Positions 18,266 to 27,698 of a DNA stretch of 64,000 bases are shown in pieces. Within the stretch, counting starts at the first letter, position 1; each line of letters opens with the position of its first letter. Position numbers and translations under genes: made by a program. This DNA is from an uncultured Gammaproteobacteria bacterium (GTDB lineage Bacteria; Patescibacteriota; Microgenomatia; Levybacterales; GWA1-39-11), in NCBI GenBank assembly GCA_964651815.1, contig CAZYWG010000001.1, forward strand, positions 65,189-129,188, written 5' to 3'. The notes beneath the pieces were generated by a model. That model did no database searches. It was given only the letters and a program-made list of their open reading frames with translations, and was not told the origin of the DNA.

Positions 18266-20164
18266 ATGAGCAGTATTTTGTCTTATATTTTTGTTTATTA
18301 CTCTATTTTTCTAGCAAGTACTATCTTTGTGCTGGCTGCCAAAAATCTGCTTTTTAAAAAGTGGGGTCAAATTGCCGATTGGACATTTCTTCTTGTATTT
18401 ATAATCATTACGCAATCCTTCTCACTTTATTATGCATTTTTACCTAGTCTTTTCCTGATTAATCTTCTTATTGATATATCAGTCATTTTTGTCGCTAAAA
18501 GGGTGTTCAAGAATTATTCATACGCCGGATTGGCCTTCTATCTTGCTAACTATGCACTCATACTAATTGGTATTGTGTGGGGTGGTTCGTTTCTTTCGTC
18601 GATACACGCAAGCTTATTTACAAAATTGCTTCTTGTGGCTTTTGCTCCTCTTCTTATAATCATGTTACCCGGAGATTTTTTCCAGCTGATTGAAGTTTAT
18701 GATGTATTGTGTAGGCAAAAATGGATAAGACCAAGAAATCCATTGCCTGCCAGAACGAAAAAACATGCTCCTATGGTTTCTGTACATGTGCCTATCCACG
18801 CAGAGCCACCAGAAATAGTAATTGAAACATTAGATATACTTTCAAAACTTGAGTACAACAATTATGAAGTCCTAGTTGTGGATAACAATACCGATGATCC
18901 TACTCTTTGGAAACCTATTAAAGAGCACTGCAAAAAACTAGGTAATAAGTTTAGATTTTTCCATGTGGAAAATTTAGAAGGTGCAAAAGGTGGAGCGCTA
19001 AATTTTGCCCTTAAGCACACGAACCCAAGAGCAAGTCTAGTAAGTGTTGTAGATGGTGATTACCATGCTAACCCTAAATTCCTTAAAGATTTAGTTGGTT
19101 ATTTTGACAATTCCAACATGGGTTTTGTGCAAACAACTCATGACTACCGAGGATGGGAAGATAACTTATATCTAACAATGTGTTACTGGGAATATTTAAT
19201 ATTCTTCCACACAACTCTTGTAAGTCTCAATGAAAGAGATGCAGCGATAACTGTAGGAACAATGTGCGTAATCCGCAAAAAGGCTCTTAGAGAAGCAGGC
19301 GGCTGGTCACAATGGTGTGTCACTGAAGATTCAGAGCTAGCTATCAGAATACATGATAAAGGCTATAATTCTGTTTACATAAATAAAACCTATGGAAGAG
19401 GACTTATTCCTTCAACATTTTCTGGATATAAAAAACAGAGATATAGGTGGACGGCTGGACCTATTCAGGAATTTCAACATCACTGGAAACATCTTACTGG
19501 AGTCTCAAAAAAGCCTTCCAAATATAGCTTGCTTCAGAGAATCCACCATTTGAATCATGGACTCGACAATATTATTCTTGCACTTAATATTCCATTTACA
19601 GTCATAAGCATAATTGAAATATTGTCTATGGTATTCCACCATGAAATTATTCAGGTCCCTTTTGAACTATGGCTCGCTTCGACAGTTCTACTTGTGGCAA
19701 ATTTTGTTCTCACTTGGTTACTATATAGAGCAACTATAAGACCAAGTTTTTGGCAGCTTATGGGGGGAATGATAGCTGGAAAATCTTTACAACACATAGT
19801 GTCTTATTCAGCTTTCAGAACTGCAATTACAGGAGACGCAGCCTGGAAACGAACAAATAAATTTAAAACAAAGTTTTCGTTTTCTCTTGGGTTAATGTCA
19901 GCCAAAGACGAATTGATAATAGGTTTGATTTTGATTGTTTTTATCATTTTTGCTTTCGCTCTTCTCCCACATCCAGGACTCGCTTTAATGCTTTTAATTG
20001 GTCTATTTTACATGGCAACAAATTATCTTTCTTCAACTATTTTTAGCATTGTTAATGTATTCTTGATGAGCAAAAAAGAACAAGGTGAATTTGATATACC
20101 GCACCTTCCGCTACTTGGAAATTTTACTCCGCGTTTAAACGATCTTTTTTTGATAACAAACTAA
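18266..20164 (+). CDS. Processive membrane GT2 (NdvB/cellulose-synthase-like beta-glucan synthase)
   Basis: SVHVPIHAEPPE, DNNT, GAKGGALN, VDGD, VTEDSEL, KQRYRW; TM helices on both sides. Confidence 0.85.
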   Translation: MSSILSYIFVYYSIFLASTIFVLAAKNLLFKKWGQIADWTFLLVFIIITQSFSLYYAFLPSLFLINLLIDISVIFVAKRVFKNYSYAGLAFYLANYALILIGIVWGGSFLSSIHASLFTKLLLVAFAPLLIIMLPGDFFQLIEVYDVLCRQKWIRPRNPLPARTKKHAPMVSVHVPIHAEPPEIVIETLDILSKLEYNNYEVLVVDNNTDDPTLWKPIKEHCKKLGNKFRFFHVENLEGAKGGALNFALKHTNPRASLVSVVDGDYHANPKFLKDLVGYFDNSNMGFVQTTHDYRGWEDNLYLTMCYWEYLIFFHTTLVSLNERDAAITVGTMCVIRKKALREAGGWSQWCVTEDSELAIRIHDKGYNSVYINKTYGRGLIPSTFSGYKKQRYRWTAGPIQEFQHHWKHLTGVSKKPSKYSLLQRIHHLNHGLDNIILALNIPFTVISIIEILSMVFHHEIIQVPFELWLASTVLLVANFVLTWLLYRATIRPSFWQLMGGMIAGKSLQHIVSYSAFRTAITGDAAWKRTNKFKTKFSFSLGLMSAKDELIIGLILIVFIIFAFALLPHPGLALMLLIGLFYMATNYLSSTIFSIVNVFLMSKKEQGEFDIPHLPLLGNFTPRLNDLFLITN

Positions 20165-20181
20165 ATAAACTTCTCGAGGAC

Positions 20182-20403
20182 TTATTTTTTGAAGGATTTT
20201 CCCCAATGTATGCGGTTCCAGATTCTTTCGTGAACATAGTAAAGTATTGTACTCGCAAAATTTGAAAAAAAGACCACTGCCAAAGTCACATCATAGCGGC
20301 GTGTAATTGCATAAATTATTATCCCGTCTGAAGTCAAAATTACTGCACGGAAAGTAATTGCCTTTACCAAAGACCTGCCAATATGTTCATGAAACTTAGC
20401 CAT
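20182..20403 (-). CDS. DUF2061-like small membrane protein
   Basis: RSLVKAITFR...YYVHERIWNRIHWG. Start placed at MAKF. Confidence 0.75.
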   Translation of the reverse strand: MAKFHEHIGRSLVKAITFRAVILTSDGIIIYAITRRYDVTLAVVFFSNFASTILYYVHERIWNRIHWGKSFKK

Positions 20404-20469
20404 TATTAATAATAATAGCAAATTAATATTTTCTCCACAAAAAAACAGTCAATATTATCTTGGAGCGGG

Positions 20470-20958
20470 TTATTTTGGAATCCCAAAGAAGCTTTTGAAG
20501 AAATCACGAATCATCTCAAATAATGATTTTGCCTTTTGAATTTTCTTTTTTATCTCTGCACTTTTTGTTGACTCCTCTTTTTCCTCAGAATTCGAATCAG
20601 TGTCAGATTTTACGCTTATTGAAGTTTTTGAGTTATTGGAACTTGTTGAAGATGTTGAGCTATTTGTGCCTGAGTTACTTATATGTACCTGCGAATGGCC
20701 GTCATCTGACTGTGCATCAATATCACCGTTATCTGACTCTGTGCATTTCCCATTAATACAAACTGTTGCGTGACTTCCACCACCCGTTGTTGTGCAGTTA
20801 CCATTTATGCAAGTTGTAGTCTGCCCGGATGTTTGCTGGTTAACACTAACGTCTGAATTGGAACCCGTACCATTATTAGAAACTGTAACGTGGGTATCTG
20901 CAAAAGCAATTGATGTTGGGATGAAGAAAAAAAGCAAGATAATTATGAACTTTTTCAT
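20470..20958 (-). CDS. Secreted Ser/Thr-rich hypothetical protein with two CINGxC motifs
   Basis: Signal peptide MKKFIIILL..AFA; CINGNC and CINGKC; amphipathic C-terminus. Confidence 0.65.
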   Translation of the reverse strand: MKKFIIILLFFFIPTSIAFADTHVTVSNNGTGSNSDVSVNQQTSGQTTTCINGNCTTTGGGSHATVCINGKCTESDNGDIDAQSDDGHSQVHISNSGTNSSTSSTSSNNSKTSISVKSDTDSNSEEKEESTKSAEIKKKIQKAKSLFEMIRDFFKSFFGIPK

Positions 20959-21084
20959 GTGGCCTGAATCAAAATACAATATCTATCGAGTTTTATCAAG
21001 CAATTCGTATACCACTTTATCCAAATAGGTTCGAATTTTTTCCAAAACGAAATTATTCGAATTTATTCGGATACATTAGGATTT

Positions 21085-21160
21085 AAAAACAAAACTCATC
21101 ATCTTCGTCCATAGTCCTTGGGGGCAAACTTTCGCGGGGCTTGCCCAATTGGGCAGAGTC
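21085..21160 (-). ncRNA. Candidate structured small RNA / 5' leader
   Basis: GC-rich island directly after a TTGATA-N17-TATAAT promoter. The ends pair (GACUC/GAGUU), internal hairpins are present and a U-tract follows. Confidence 0.35.
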
Positions 21161-21165
21161 AGAGG

Positions 21166-21208
21166 ATTATATCACTCTGTATCGTTCATATCAACAAGCT
21201 GATATAAT
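21166..21208. promoter_or_regulatory. Overlapping divergent promoters
   Basis: Minus: TTGATA(21194-21189)-N17-TATAAT(21171-21166). Plus: extended -10 TGATATAAT (21200-21208) upstream of the efflux operon. Confidence 0.6.
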
Positions 21209-21219
21209 TACTGAATTGC

Positions 21220-22296
21220 ATGCAATTATTAAAGAATTTTAAAAATAAAGTTTTAAATTTTGTAAAGACCCATAAAATATGGTCCATAGTAATTATTGTC
21301 ATTGTTTTACCTGTCTTGTTTTTACTAAGACCAAAACCCGCAAAGCTAATCGAAACACAGAAAGTAAGCCGAGGAGATTTAACTCAAACAATTTCAATAA
21401 CAGGCACAGTTGACGCGGATAATTCAGTCAATCTTTCATTTTTAATTGGCGGGAAACTTATTTATCTAGGGGCCAAAAAAGGGGACAGCGTTAGGGCTTA
21501 TCAAACACTCGCGACACTTGACCAACGGACGGCACAAAAAAATCTTCAATCAACTCTCATTGATTATTCAAAACAAAGAAATACCTTTGATCAAAACCAG
21601 GCAAATAACCAAAACAGAACGCCACAACAAGCGCTTAACGATTCTATGAAAAGAATTCTTGAGGATAATCAATATGACCTTGATAAATCCGTCAACTCTG
21701 TTGAACTTCTATCCTTAGCAGAAGAACAGTCTGTTTTAACAACTCCAATTGCAGGAATTTTAGTACGCGCGGATGTAAAAAGTGTTGGGGTAAATGTAGG
21801 CTCAACTGCCGTCTGGAGTGTTGTTGACCCCAATTCTATGGAGTTTAAAATGGAAGTTGATGAAGCTGATATTGCAAACGTCAAAGACGGCGAGAGCGCA
21901 AAAATTACACTCGACCCGTATCCTAACGACACAATAAATCTCACAGTTTCTGACATTGATTTTGTTACTCATACAACATCAACCGGCGGTAATGCTTACT
22001 ATGTTTATGCCAAACTCCCAAATAACACAGACTATCGTTTTCGAGTGGGTATGAATGGGAATGCTGAAATTTTAACAAACAAAAAAACGGGTGTTCTACA
22101 AATTCCGCTCACTAGTGTTCAAAATGATAATGAAGTTTTGCTCAAAACAGGGAATAAATTTAAAGTGCAGAAAATTTCAACGGGCCTTGAAAATGACACT
22201 TCAATAGAAATTTTATCCGGATTAAATAGTGGCGATCAAATAGCCGTCAACCCGGCAGATGTACCAAAAAATGAAATCCTCAAATCAACTAAATAG
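21220..22296 (+). CDS. Efflux RND/MacA-like membrane fusion (adaptor) subunit
   Basis: N-terminal TM, lipoyl halves (KKGDSV, TTPIAG), EVDEADI, GMNG, GLNSGD. Confidence 0.85.
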   Translation: MQLLKNFKNKVLNFVKTHKIWSIVIIVIVLPVLFLLRPKPAKLIETQKVSRGDLTQTISITGTVDADNSVNLSFLIGGKLIYLGAKKGDSVRAYQTLATLDQRTAQKNLQSTLIDYSKQRNTFDQNQANNQNRTPQQALNDSMKRILEDNQYDLDKSVNSVELLSLAEEQSVLTTPIAGILVRADVKSVGVNVGSTAVWSVVDPNSMEFKMEVDEADIANVKDGESAKITLDPYPNDTINLTVSDIDFVTHTTSTGGNAYYVYAKLPNNTDYRFRVGMNGNAEILTNKKTGVLQIPLTSVQNDNEVLLKTGNKFKVQKISTGLENDTSIEILSGLNSGDQIAVNPADVPKNEILKSTK

Positions 22297-22298
22297 TT

Positions 22299-22979
22299 AT
22301 GGCCAAAAAGGGTGAAATAATAAAGCTCGTTGATATTGTAAAGGATTATGTTTCTGCAGATGTCACAACAAATGTCATAAAGGGTATATCTCTAACGGTC
22401 AATCAAGGAGACTTTCTTGCAATTACAGGACCTTCAGGATCCGGAAAATCAACGCTCATGAATATTATTGGGCTCCTTGATATACCAACAAAGGGAGATT
22501 ATATTCTCAACGGTACAGATACTACTCATTTTAATGAAGACGAGCTTGCTTATTTAAGAAATAAAGAAATTGGGTTTGTTTTTCAATCATTTAATCTTTT
22601 ATCACGTGTTTCAACTCTTGAAAACGTAATTCTTCCTTCAATTTACGCTGGTACAAATAGAGGTAGCAGGACTGATCGCGCAAAAGAATTGTTGACAAAG
22701 CTTGGACTTGGCGACAGGTTTAAGAATCACCCAAACCAACTTTCCGGTGGACAACAGCAACGAGTTGCAATTGCCCGAGCGCTTATGAATAACCCTGCAT
22801 TAATTTTGGCAGATGAACCAACAGGTAATCTTGACACAAAATCAGGGGACGATGTTATGAAAATTCTTAAAGAATTAAACAAGGAAGGAAAAACAATAGT
22901 CCTAATAACTCACGAAGCGAATATTGCTTCCCAAGCACAAAAAATCATTAAAATAGTCGACGGGAAAATAGTGAAATAA
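22299..22979 (+). CDS. MacB/LolD-family ABC ATPase
   Basis: [43 protein letters not shown]. Confidence 0.95.
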   Translation: MAKKGEIIKLVDIVKDYVSADVTTNVIKGISLTVNQGDFLAITGPSGSGKSTLMNIIGLLDIPTKGDYILNGTDTTHFNEDELAYLRNKEIGFVFQSFNLLSRVSTLENVILPSIYAGTNRGSRTDRAKELLTKLGLGDRFKNHPNQLSGGQQQRVAIARALMNNPALILADEPTGNLDTKSGDDVMKILKELNKEGKTIVLITHEANIASQAQKIIKIVDGKIVK

Positions 22980-22987
22980 AAAAACTT

Positions 22988-24172
22988 ATGGATTTACAAG
23001 AACTTTTAATATTATCTATTCGCGCGCTAGCAGCAAACAAACTACGCAGTTTTTTAACTACTCTTGGAATTATTATCGGAGTCTTTTCAATTATACTTCT
23101 TGTATCTATTGGCTCGGGTTTACAAGGGTATATAACCAATCAAATCTCTTCTCTTGGTCCTAACGTTATATTTGTACTTCCCGGAAATTCGGGAGGGCTT
23201 GGCGCCGTGATTGCAAACAAATTAATAATCCAGGATTCAGAAAATCTTCAAAGAAGAATGTTGACTATTGCCAAAGTTGCACCTGAATTGAGACAACTTG
23301 ATACTCTTAAATATAAAAGTCTTAAATCTAAAGGTGCATTTGTTTTAGGAAGTACATATCAATATCCAGACGTTGTAACAAGCATTAAGACTGTTGAGGG
23401 GAATTTTTTTACGGTGGGTCAGGAGCGTGCTGGAGCTAATGTTGTGGTAATTGGACAAACGGTTTTTAGTAAGCTTTTCAAAAGCCATAACGCAATTGGA
23501 AAAAGAATCTTTATTGGAACCAAGCAATACACAATTGTTGGAATTCTTGGTAAAAACGGTTCTTTTGCTGGAGTGGACGCGGACAATATTGCGCTCATCC
23601 CAATAGAAGCGGCAAGCAGACAATATGGTATAAATTCAATTTCAAGAATTGATATTGCTGCAAAAAATAGTGAAGTTCTTCCACTTGTGATAAGTCAAGT
23701 AAAAAAAACTATGTTGAGAAGAATTACAATAGATGATTTCTCTATCCAAACCGCCGACTCTATCATTTCAACCGTCTCAAATATTACAAATATTCTTTCA
23801 ATAGCACTAGGTGGAATAGCTGCAATTTCTCTTTTAGTTGGGGGAATTGGAGTTGCAAATATAATGCTTGTTTCGGTAACTGAGAGGACGCGTGAAATAG
23901 GTCTTAGAAAAGCGCTGGGCGCTCGGCGCGCGGATATTTTAAAACAATTCTTGCTTGAAGCAGTTTTCTTATCCCTCACGGGCGGAATCATAGGGATTGC
24001 TCTTGGTCTCAGCGCGTCTTATGTCCTTGCAATATTCTTTGTTTCAGTAGTCACACCTTGGTCAATTATTTTGGCTTTTACATTCTCATTATTGGTTGGA
24101 GTAATTTTTGGGATGGCACCAGCCATACGTGCATCAAAGCTTAATCCAATAGAAGCACTCCGATACGAATAG
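22988..24172 (+). CDS. MacB/FtsX-family ABC permease
   Basis: NKLRSFLTTLGIIIG, SVTERTREIGLRKALGA, PIEALRYE. Confidence 0.93.
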   Translation: MDLQELLILSIRALAANKLRSFLTTLGIIIGVFSIILLVSIGSGLQGYITNQISSLGPNVIFVLPGNSGGLGAVIANKLIIQDSENLQRRMLTIAKVAPELRQLDTLKYKSLKSKGAFVLGSTYQYPDVVTSIKTVEGNFFTVGQERAGANVVVIGQTVFSKLFKSHNAIGKRIFIGTKQYTIVGILGKNGSFAGVDADNIALIPIEAASRQYGINSISRIDIAAKNSEVLPLVISQVKKTMLRRITIDDFSIQTADSIISTVSNITNILSIALGGIAAISLLVGGIGVANIMLVSVTERTREIGLRKALGARRADILKQFLLEAVFLSLTGGIIGIALGLSASYVLAIFFVSVVTPWSIILAFTFSLLVGVIFGMAPAIRASKLNPIEALRYE

Positions 24173-24266
24173 CCTAATTTTAAATCATCGACTGTTAACT
24201 ATTCTAAAAAACCAGAAGGTTTTTATAATTTGACAACTCCGTTTTGTTTTATGATAAACTAAATAT

Positions 24267-25031
24267 GTGGAACTCCCCAAAAGTAATTTAATACACTCTT
24301 CTATCATTGTTTCGGCGATTGCTGTTTTTATTCTTCTCTGGGCAATACGATTTTTTAACATCGCGCTACCGATTTCTATCACTACAAAACAGGAAACCTC
24401 AAGTGAACTTTCTGTTGTTGGTGACGGAAAAGTTGACGTAATTCCTGACACTGCAACCGTTTCTGTTGGAATCACGGTGACAAACGCCGCAACTGCAACA
24501 GAAGCACAAAGTAAAGCGACACAAATTAACAACGCGATAATTTCAGCTCTTACAACACTTGGCATCGATAAAAAGGACATTAAAACTACGGATTATTCAA
24601 TAAGTCCAAGCTATAATTACAGTACTGGACAAAATACCGTGTCAGGATACAATGCCACAGCCAGTGTATCTATTAAAGTTACAAATACCGCGCTTCTTCC
24701 ACAAGTAATTCAGGCCGCAACGGACGCCGGAGCAAATCAAATTAATAATACTGAATATTCGGTTGATAATCCCGAAAAATTCAGAGAACAGGCAAGAAGC
24801 ATGGCAATCCAAAATGCAAAAGATCAAGCGCAAAAATTGGCTAACCAACTAGGAATAAGACTCGGTAAGATAACAAATATTGTAGAATCGAACCAAGGGG
24901 TACCAGAACCTCTCCCATTCAGAGCGGGTGGAGTTTTAGACGCCAGCATGAGTAAGTCTGTTGCTCCAAATCTTGAGGCGGGCAGTCAAACAATCACCTC
25001 AGAAGTTACCCTATTTTTTGAAAAAAATTAA
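24267..25031 (+). CDS. SIMPL domain (DUF541/YggE/BP26) protein
   Basis: VVGDGKV..PDTA, DIKT..YSISP, A..NAKDQAQKLA..LGIRLG. GTG start. Confidence 0.85.
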   Translation: MELPKSNLIHSSIIVSAIAVFILLWAIRFFNIALPISITTKQETSSELSVVGDGKVDVIPDTATVSVGITVTNAATATEAQSKATQINNAIISALTTLGIDKKDIKTTDYSISPSYNYSTGQNTVSGYNATASVSIKVTNTALLPQVIQAATDAGANQINNTEYSVDNPEKFREQARSMAIQNAKDQAQKLANQLGIRLGKITNIVESNQGVPEPLPFRAGGVLDASMSKSVAPNLEAGSQTITSEVTLFFEKN

Positions 25032-25040
25032 AAATTCTTC

Positions 25041-25069
25041 TTGACAAAATTTGTTAAGCTGTTCATACT
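25041..25069 (+). promoter_or_regulatory. Sigma70 promoter upstream of the metK leader
   Basis: TTGACA-N17-CATACT. Confidence 0.6.
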
Positions 25070-25177
25070 AATAATGTTTTGGGCTACCTTAAAGCCTGTT
25101 TTGAAAAGTTTACGATTCACCTCGAATCCATTTTCACTGCAGGGTCTTAGAATTTTTATATTTTTTAAACAACAAAT

Positions 25178-25300
25178 GCATCAAGAGAGTTTCATGCCTG
25201 TAGGCGTGAGGCCGGCAACCGTAAGTTTTAGCGGTGCCACACTGTCCCAACAGGATGCGTCCCAAGTAAAAGCGAGGCTTTGCGAGGGAAAAAACTTATG
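25178..25300 (+). ncRNA. SAM-I/IV-type riboswitch
   Basis: P1 GCAUC/GAUGC, AUCAAGAG, simple P2 hairpin, P3 GGCAACC...GGUGCC, short P4 CUGU/ACAG, P5 UCCC...GGGA. The P3 loop is complementary to 25291-25300. Directly upstream of metK. Confidence 0.85.
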
Positions 25301-26404
25301 AATAATTATTTCTTTACTTCAGAATCAGTCTGCGCGGGACATCCCGATAAAATTTGTGACCAAATAAGTGATGCTATTGTTGACTGTGTTTTAGGACAGG
25401 ACAGAAAAGGCAAAGTCGCCGTTGAAACTCTCGTCACAGAAAATCAAGTTGTTCTTGCAGGTGAAATAAATTCACGCGCAGAAGTTAATTTTAAAAAAAT
25501 CGCGAGGGAACAAATTAAAAGACTTGGTTATGATATTCCGGCCCTAAAATTTACTTATGAATCCCCTATTCATATTTTTGTTCATAAGCAATCGCCTGAA
25601 ATTGCTGTAGGCGTTGAAAAAATGGGCGCCGGCGACCAAGGAATGATGTTTGGGTATGCTTGCCGTGAAACACCACAACTCATGCCGTTACCGATAACAA
25701 TTGCCCACGCACTCACAAAAAAAATTGATGAGTTGCGTGAATCTAAGATACTAAAATACCTAAGACCCGATGGAAAAAGCCAGGTAACAATAGAATATAA
25801 AAATAGAAAACCTATCAAAGTAACAAAAGTTGTACTTGCAGTACCACATAAAGAAAAGAGCACCGAAGGAGAAGTAAAAAAAGATATCTTTGAAAAAGTT
25901 GTAAAACCAGTTCTTTCCGAATTCGGATTTAAAGTCTCAATAAAGGATTTAATATTAAATGGAACGGGGGTATGGAATTTTTCAGGGCCAGCAGCTGATA
26001 CTGGCGTCACAGGACGCAAAATCATAGTTGACACATACGGTGGATACTCTCGGGTTGGAGGAGGGGCTTTTTCAGGAAAAGATCCAACAAAAGTTGACCG
26101 GTCAGGCGCGTACGCCGCGCGCTTTTTAGCAAAAAATGTAGTTGCCGCGGGACTTGCTGACCGCGCGGAAGTTGCCCTTGCGTATTTTATTGGTGCAAAA
26201 CTTCCTGTTATGCAGGGAATTGAAACTTTTGGGACTGAGAAAAAATCAAAAAAAATAATTGCATCATTTATGAATAAGATCCTTGATACATCTGTTGAGG
26301 GAATTTTGGAAGGACTTGATCTAAGGCGTCCTATTTATCTTCCGACCGCCTCATACGGCCATTTTGGCAGACCTGAATTCCCCTGGGAAAAAATTGTTGC
26401 CTAA
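25298..26404 (+). CDS. metK: S-adenosylmethionine synthetase
   Basis: FTSESV..GHPDKICDQISD, GAGDQG, GGGAFSGKDPTKVDRS, YGHFG. Start at MNNYFF. Confidence 0.97.
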   Translation: MNNYFFTSESVCAGHPDKICDQISDAIVDCVLGQDRKGKVAVETLVTENQVVLAGEINSRAEVNFKKIAREQIKRLGYDIPALKFTYESPIHIFVHKQSPEIAVGVEKMGAGDQGMMFGYACRETPQLMPLPITIAHALTKKIDELRESKILKYLRPDGKSQVTIEYKNRKPIKVTKVVLAVPHKEKSTEGEVKKDIFEKVVKPVLSEFGFKVSIKDLILNGTGVWNFSGPAADTGVTGRKIIVDTYGGYSRVGGGAFSGKDPTKVDRSGAYAARFLAKNVVAAGLADRAEVALAYFIGAKLPVMQGIETFGTEKKSKKIIASFMNKILDTSVEGILEGLDLRRPIYLPTASYGHFGRPEFPWEKIVA

Positions 26405-26448
26405 TAACACTTTTAAATCCCTCAATTTGTACTATAATGTAGCGAGAA

Positions 26449-27540
26449 ATGAATACAACCATAAAATGCATCCATTGCGGAAAAGACATTGAAATTTCAG
26501 AAGCTATTAAACACGCCGAAGAAACAAAGATCAGAGAAGAACTAACTAAAGAATTATCTAAAAAAGAGTCAATAGAACTTGCAGATTTAAAAAAGCAACT
26601 TGACGAGCAAAAAAAGAAGGGTGATGAATTTCGCGAGAAAGAATTGGCACTTCTTGCCGACAAAAGAAAACTTGAGGAAAAAGAAAAAGATTTTGATCTT
26701 CAGCTTGCAAGAAAACTTGACGAAGAAAAAAAGAAAATAGAACTTGAAGTAGGTAAAAAAGTAGAGGAAGAACAACATACTAAAATAATTGAGAAAGATA
26801 AACAACTTCAGGATGCACTGAAAGAAATTGAGGAGATGAGGCGAAAATTACAACAAGGATCCCAACAAACTCAGGGAGAAGCTTTTGAACTAGAATTTGA
26901 GGAGTTGCTTCAAAAAGAATTCCCTAATGACAAAATTTTACCGGTCGCAAAAGGCACACGCGGCGGCGATATAATTCAAGAAGTTTGGGATAGCCGCGGA
27001 AACTACTCGGGTAAAATTCTTTGGGAACTCAAAAATACAAAACTTTGGAGCGAGGATTGGGTTTTAAAACTTAAAAGTGACCAAAGATCAATTAAAGCAG
27101 AAGATGCAGTATTGATATCCGAAGTTTTACCGAAAGATATAACGACGGCAGGATTTAGAAATGGAATTTGGGTCACAAAACGCACATTTGTTATTGGAAT
27201 TGCATCGGCTCTCCGTGCAAAACTAATTCAGCTTTATTACGCAAAACTTTCAGTTGAAGGTAAAAACGAGAAAATGGAGATTATGTATTCCTATCTTGCC
27301 GGAACAGAGTTTAAACATAGAGTTGAAGCGATAGTTGAAGCGTTTTCAAATATGCAGCAGGAAATTGAGAAAGAAAAAAGGTATTTTGCTAACAAATGGG
27401 CGAGGGATGAAAAAAACATTCGCCAAGTAATTGACCAAACTTACGGAATGCATGGAGATATTAAAGGAATTGCCGGAGAAGTTATTCCTCAAATAAAAGG
27501 GCTTGAAGCTTTAGAACTTGAATCAGGAGATAATTCATAG
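26449..27540 (+). CDS. DUF2130 domain protein (Zn-finger, coiled coil, nuclease-like C-terminus)
   Basis: IKCIHCG, long coiled coil, GSQQTQGE..E, GGD, ILWELKNTK..W. Confidence 0.8.
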   Translation: MNTTIKCIHCGKDIEISEAIKHAEETKIREELTKELSKKESIELADLKKQLDEQKKKGDEFREKELALLADKRKLEEKEKDFDLQLARKLDEEKKKIELEVGKKVEEEQHTKIIEKDKQLQDALKEIEEMRRKLQQGSQQTQGEAFELEFEELLQKEFPNDKILPVAKGTRGGDIIQEVWDSRGNYSGKILWELKNTKLWSEDWVLKLKSDQRSIKAEDAVLISEVLPKDITTAGFRNGIWVTKRTFVIGIASALRAKLIQLYYAKLSVEGKNEKMEIMYSYLAGTEFKHRVEAIVEAFSNMQQEIEKEKRYFANKWARDEKNIRQVIDQTYGMHGDIKGIAGEVIPQIKGLEALELESGDNS

Positions 27541-27628
27541 GATATTTGTTTTTACTTAAGGGCTTAAAAAAAGAAATACGAACCCTGCCCCATTAGAAAA
27601 CACAAATTAAGGCGGAGAATGACAATTT

Positions 27629-27698
27629 ATCCCGCACCTCGAACCTGTATTTGATGAAATTTTCATTTCTTCTACCACATGTCTAAAAAGTGCGGGAT
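27629..27698. repeat. REP-like inverted repeat ATCCCGCAC...GTGCGGGAT
   Basis: Perfect 9-bp GC-rich arms (27629-27637 and 27690-27698) with inner ATGAAA/TTTCAT, between convergent genes. Confidence 0.5.

Noticed and set aside
21028-21062. GGTTCGAA T-loop-like motif suggesting a tRNA
   Set aside because: No cloverleaf, acceptor stem or anticodon arm can be built. The same holds for the GTTCGAA near 59917.
21093-21135. Hammerhead ribozyme (UGAUGAG and CGAAA on the minus strand)
   Set aside because: Core reads AUGAUGA rather than CUGAUGA, and stems I-III cannot be formed in the required order.
25041-25301. 86-aa ORF upstream of metK
   Set aside because: Begins at the TTG of a -35 box and runs across the promoter and SAM riboswitch; better explained as non-coding leader.
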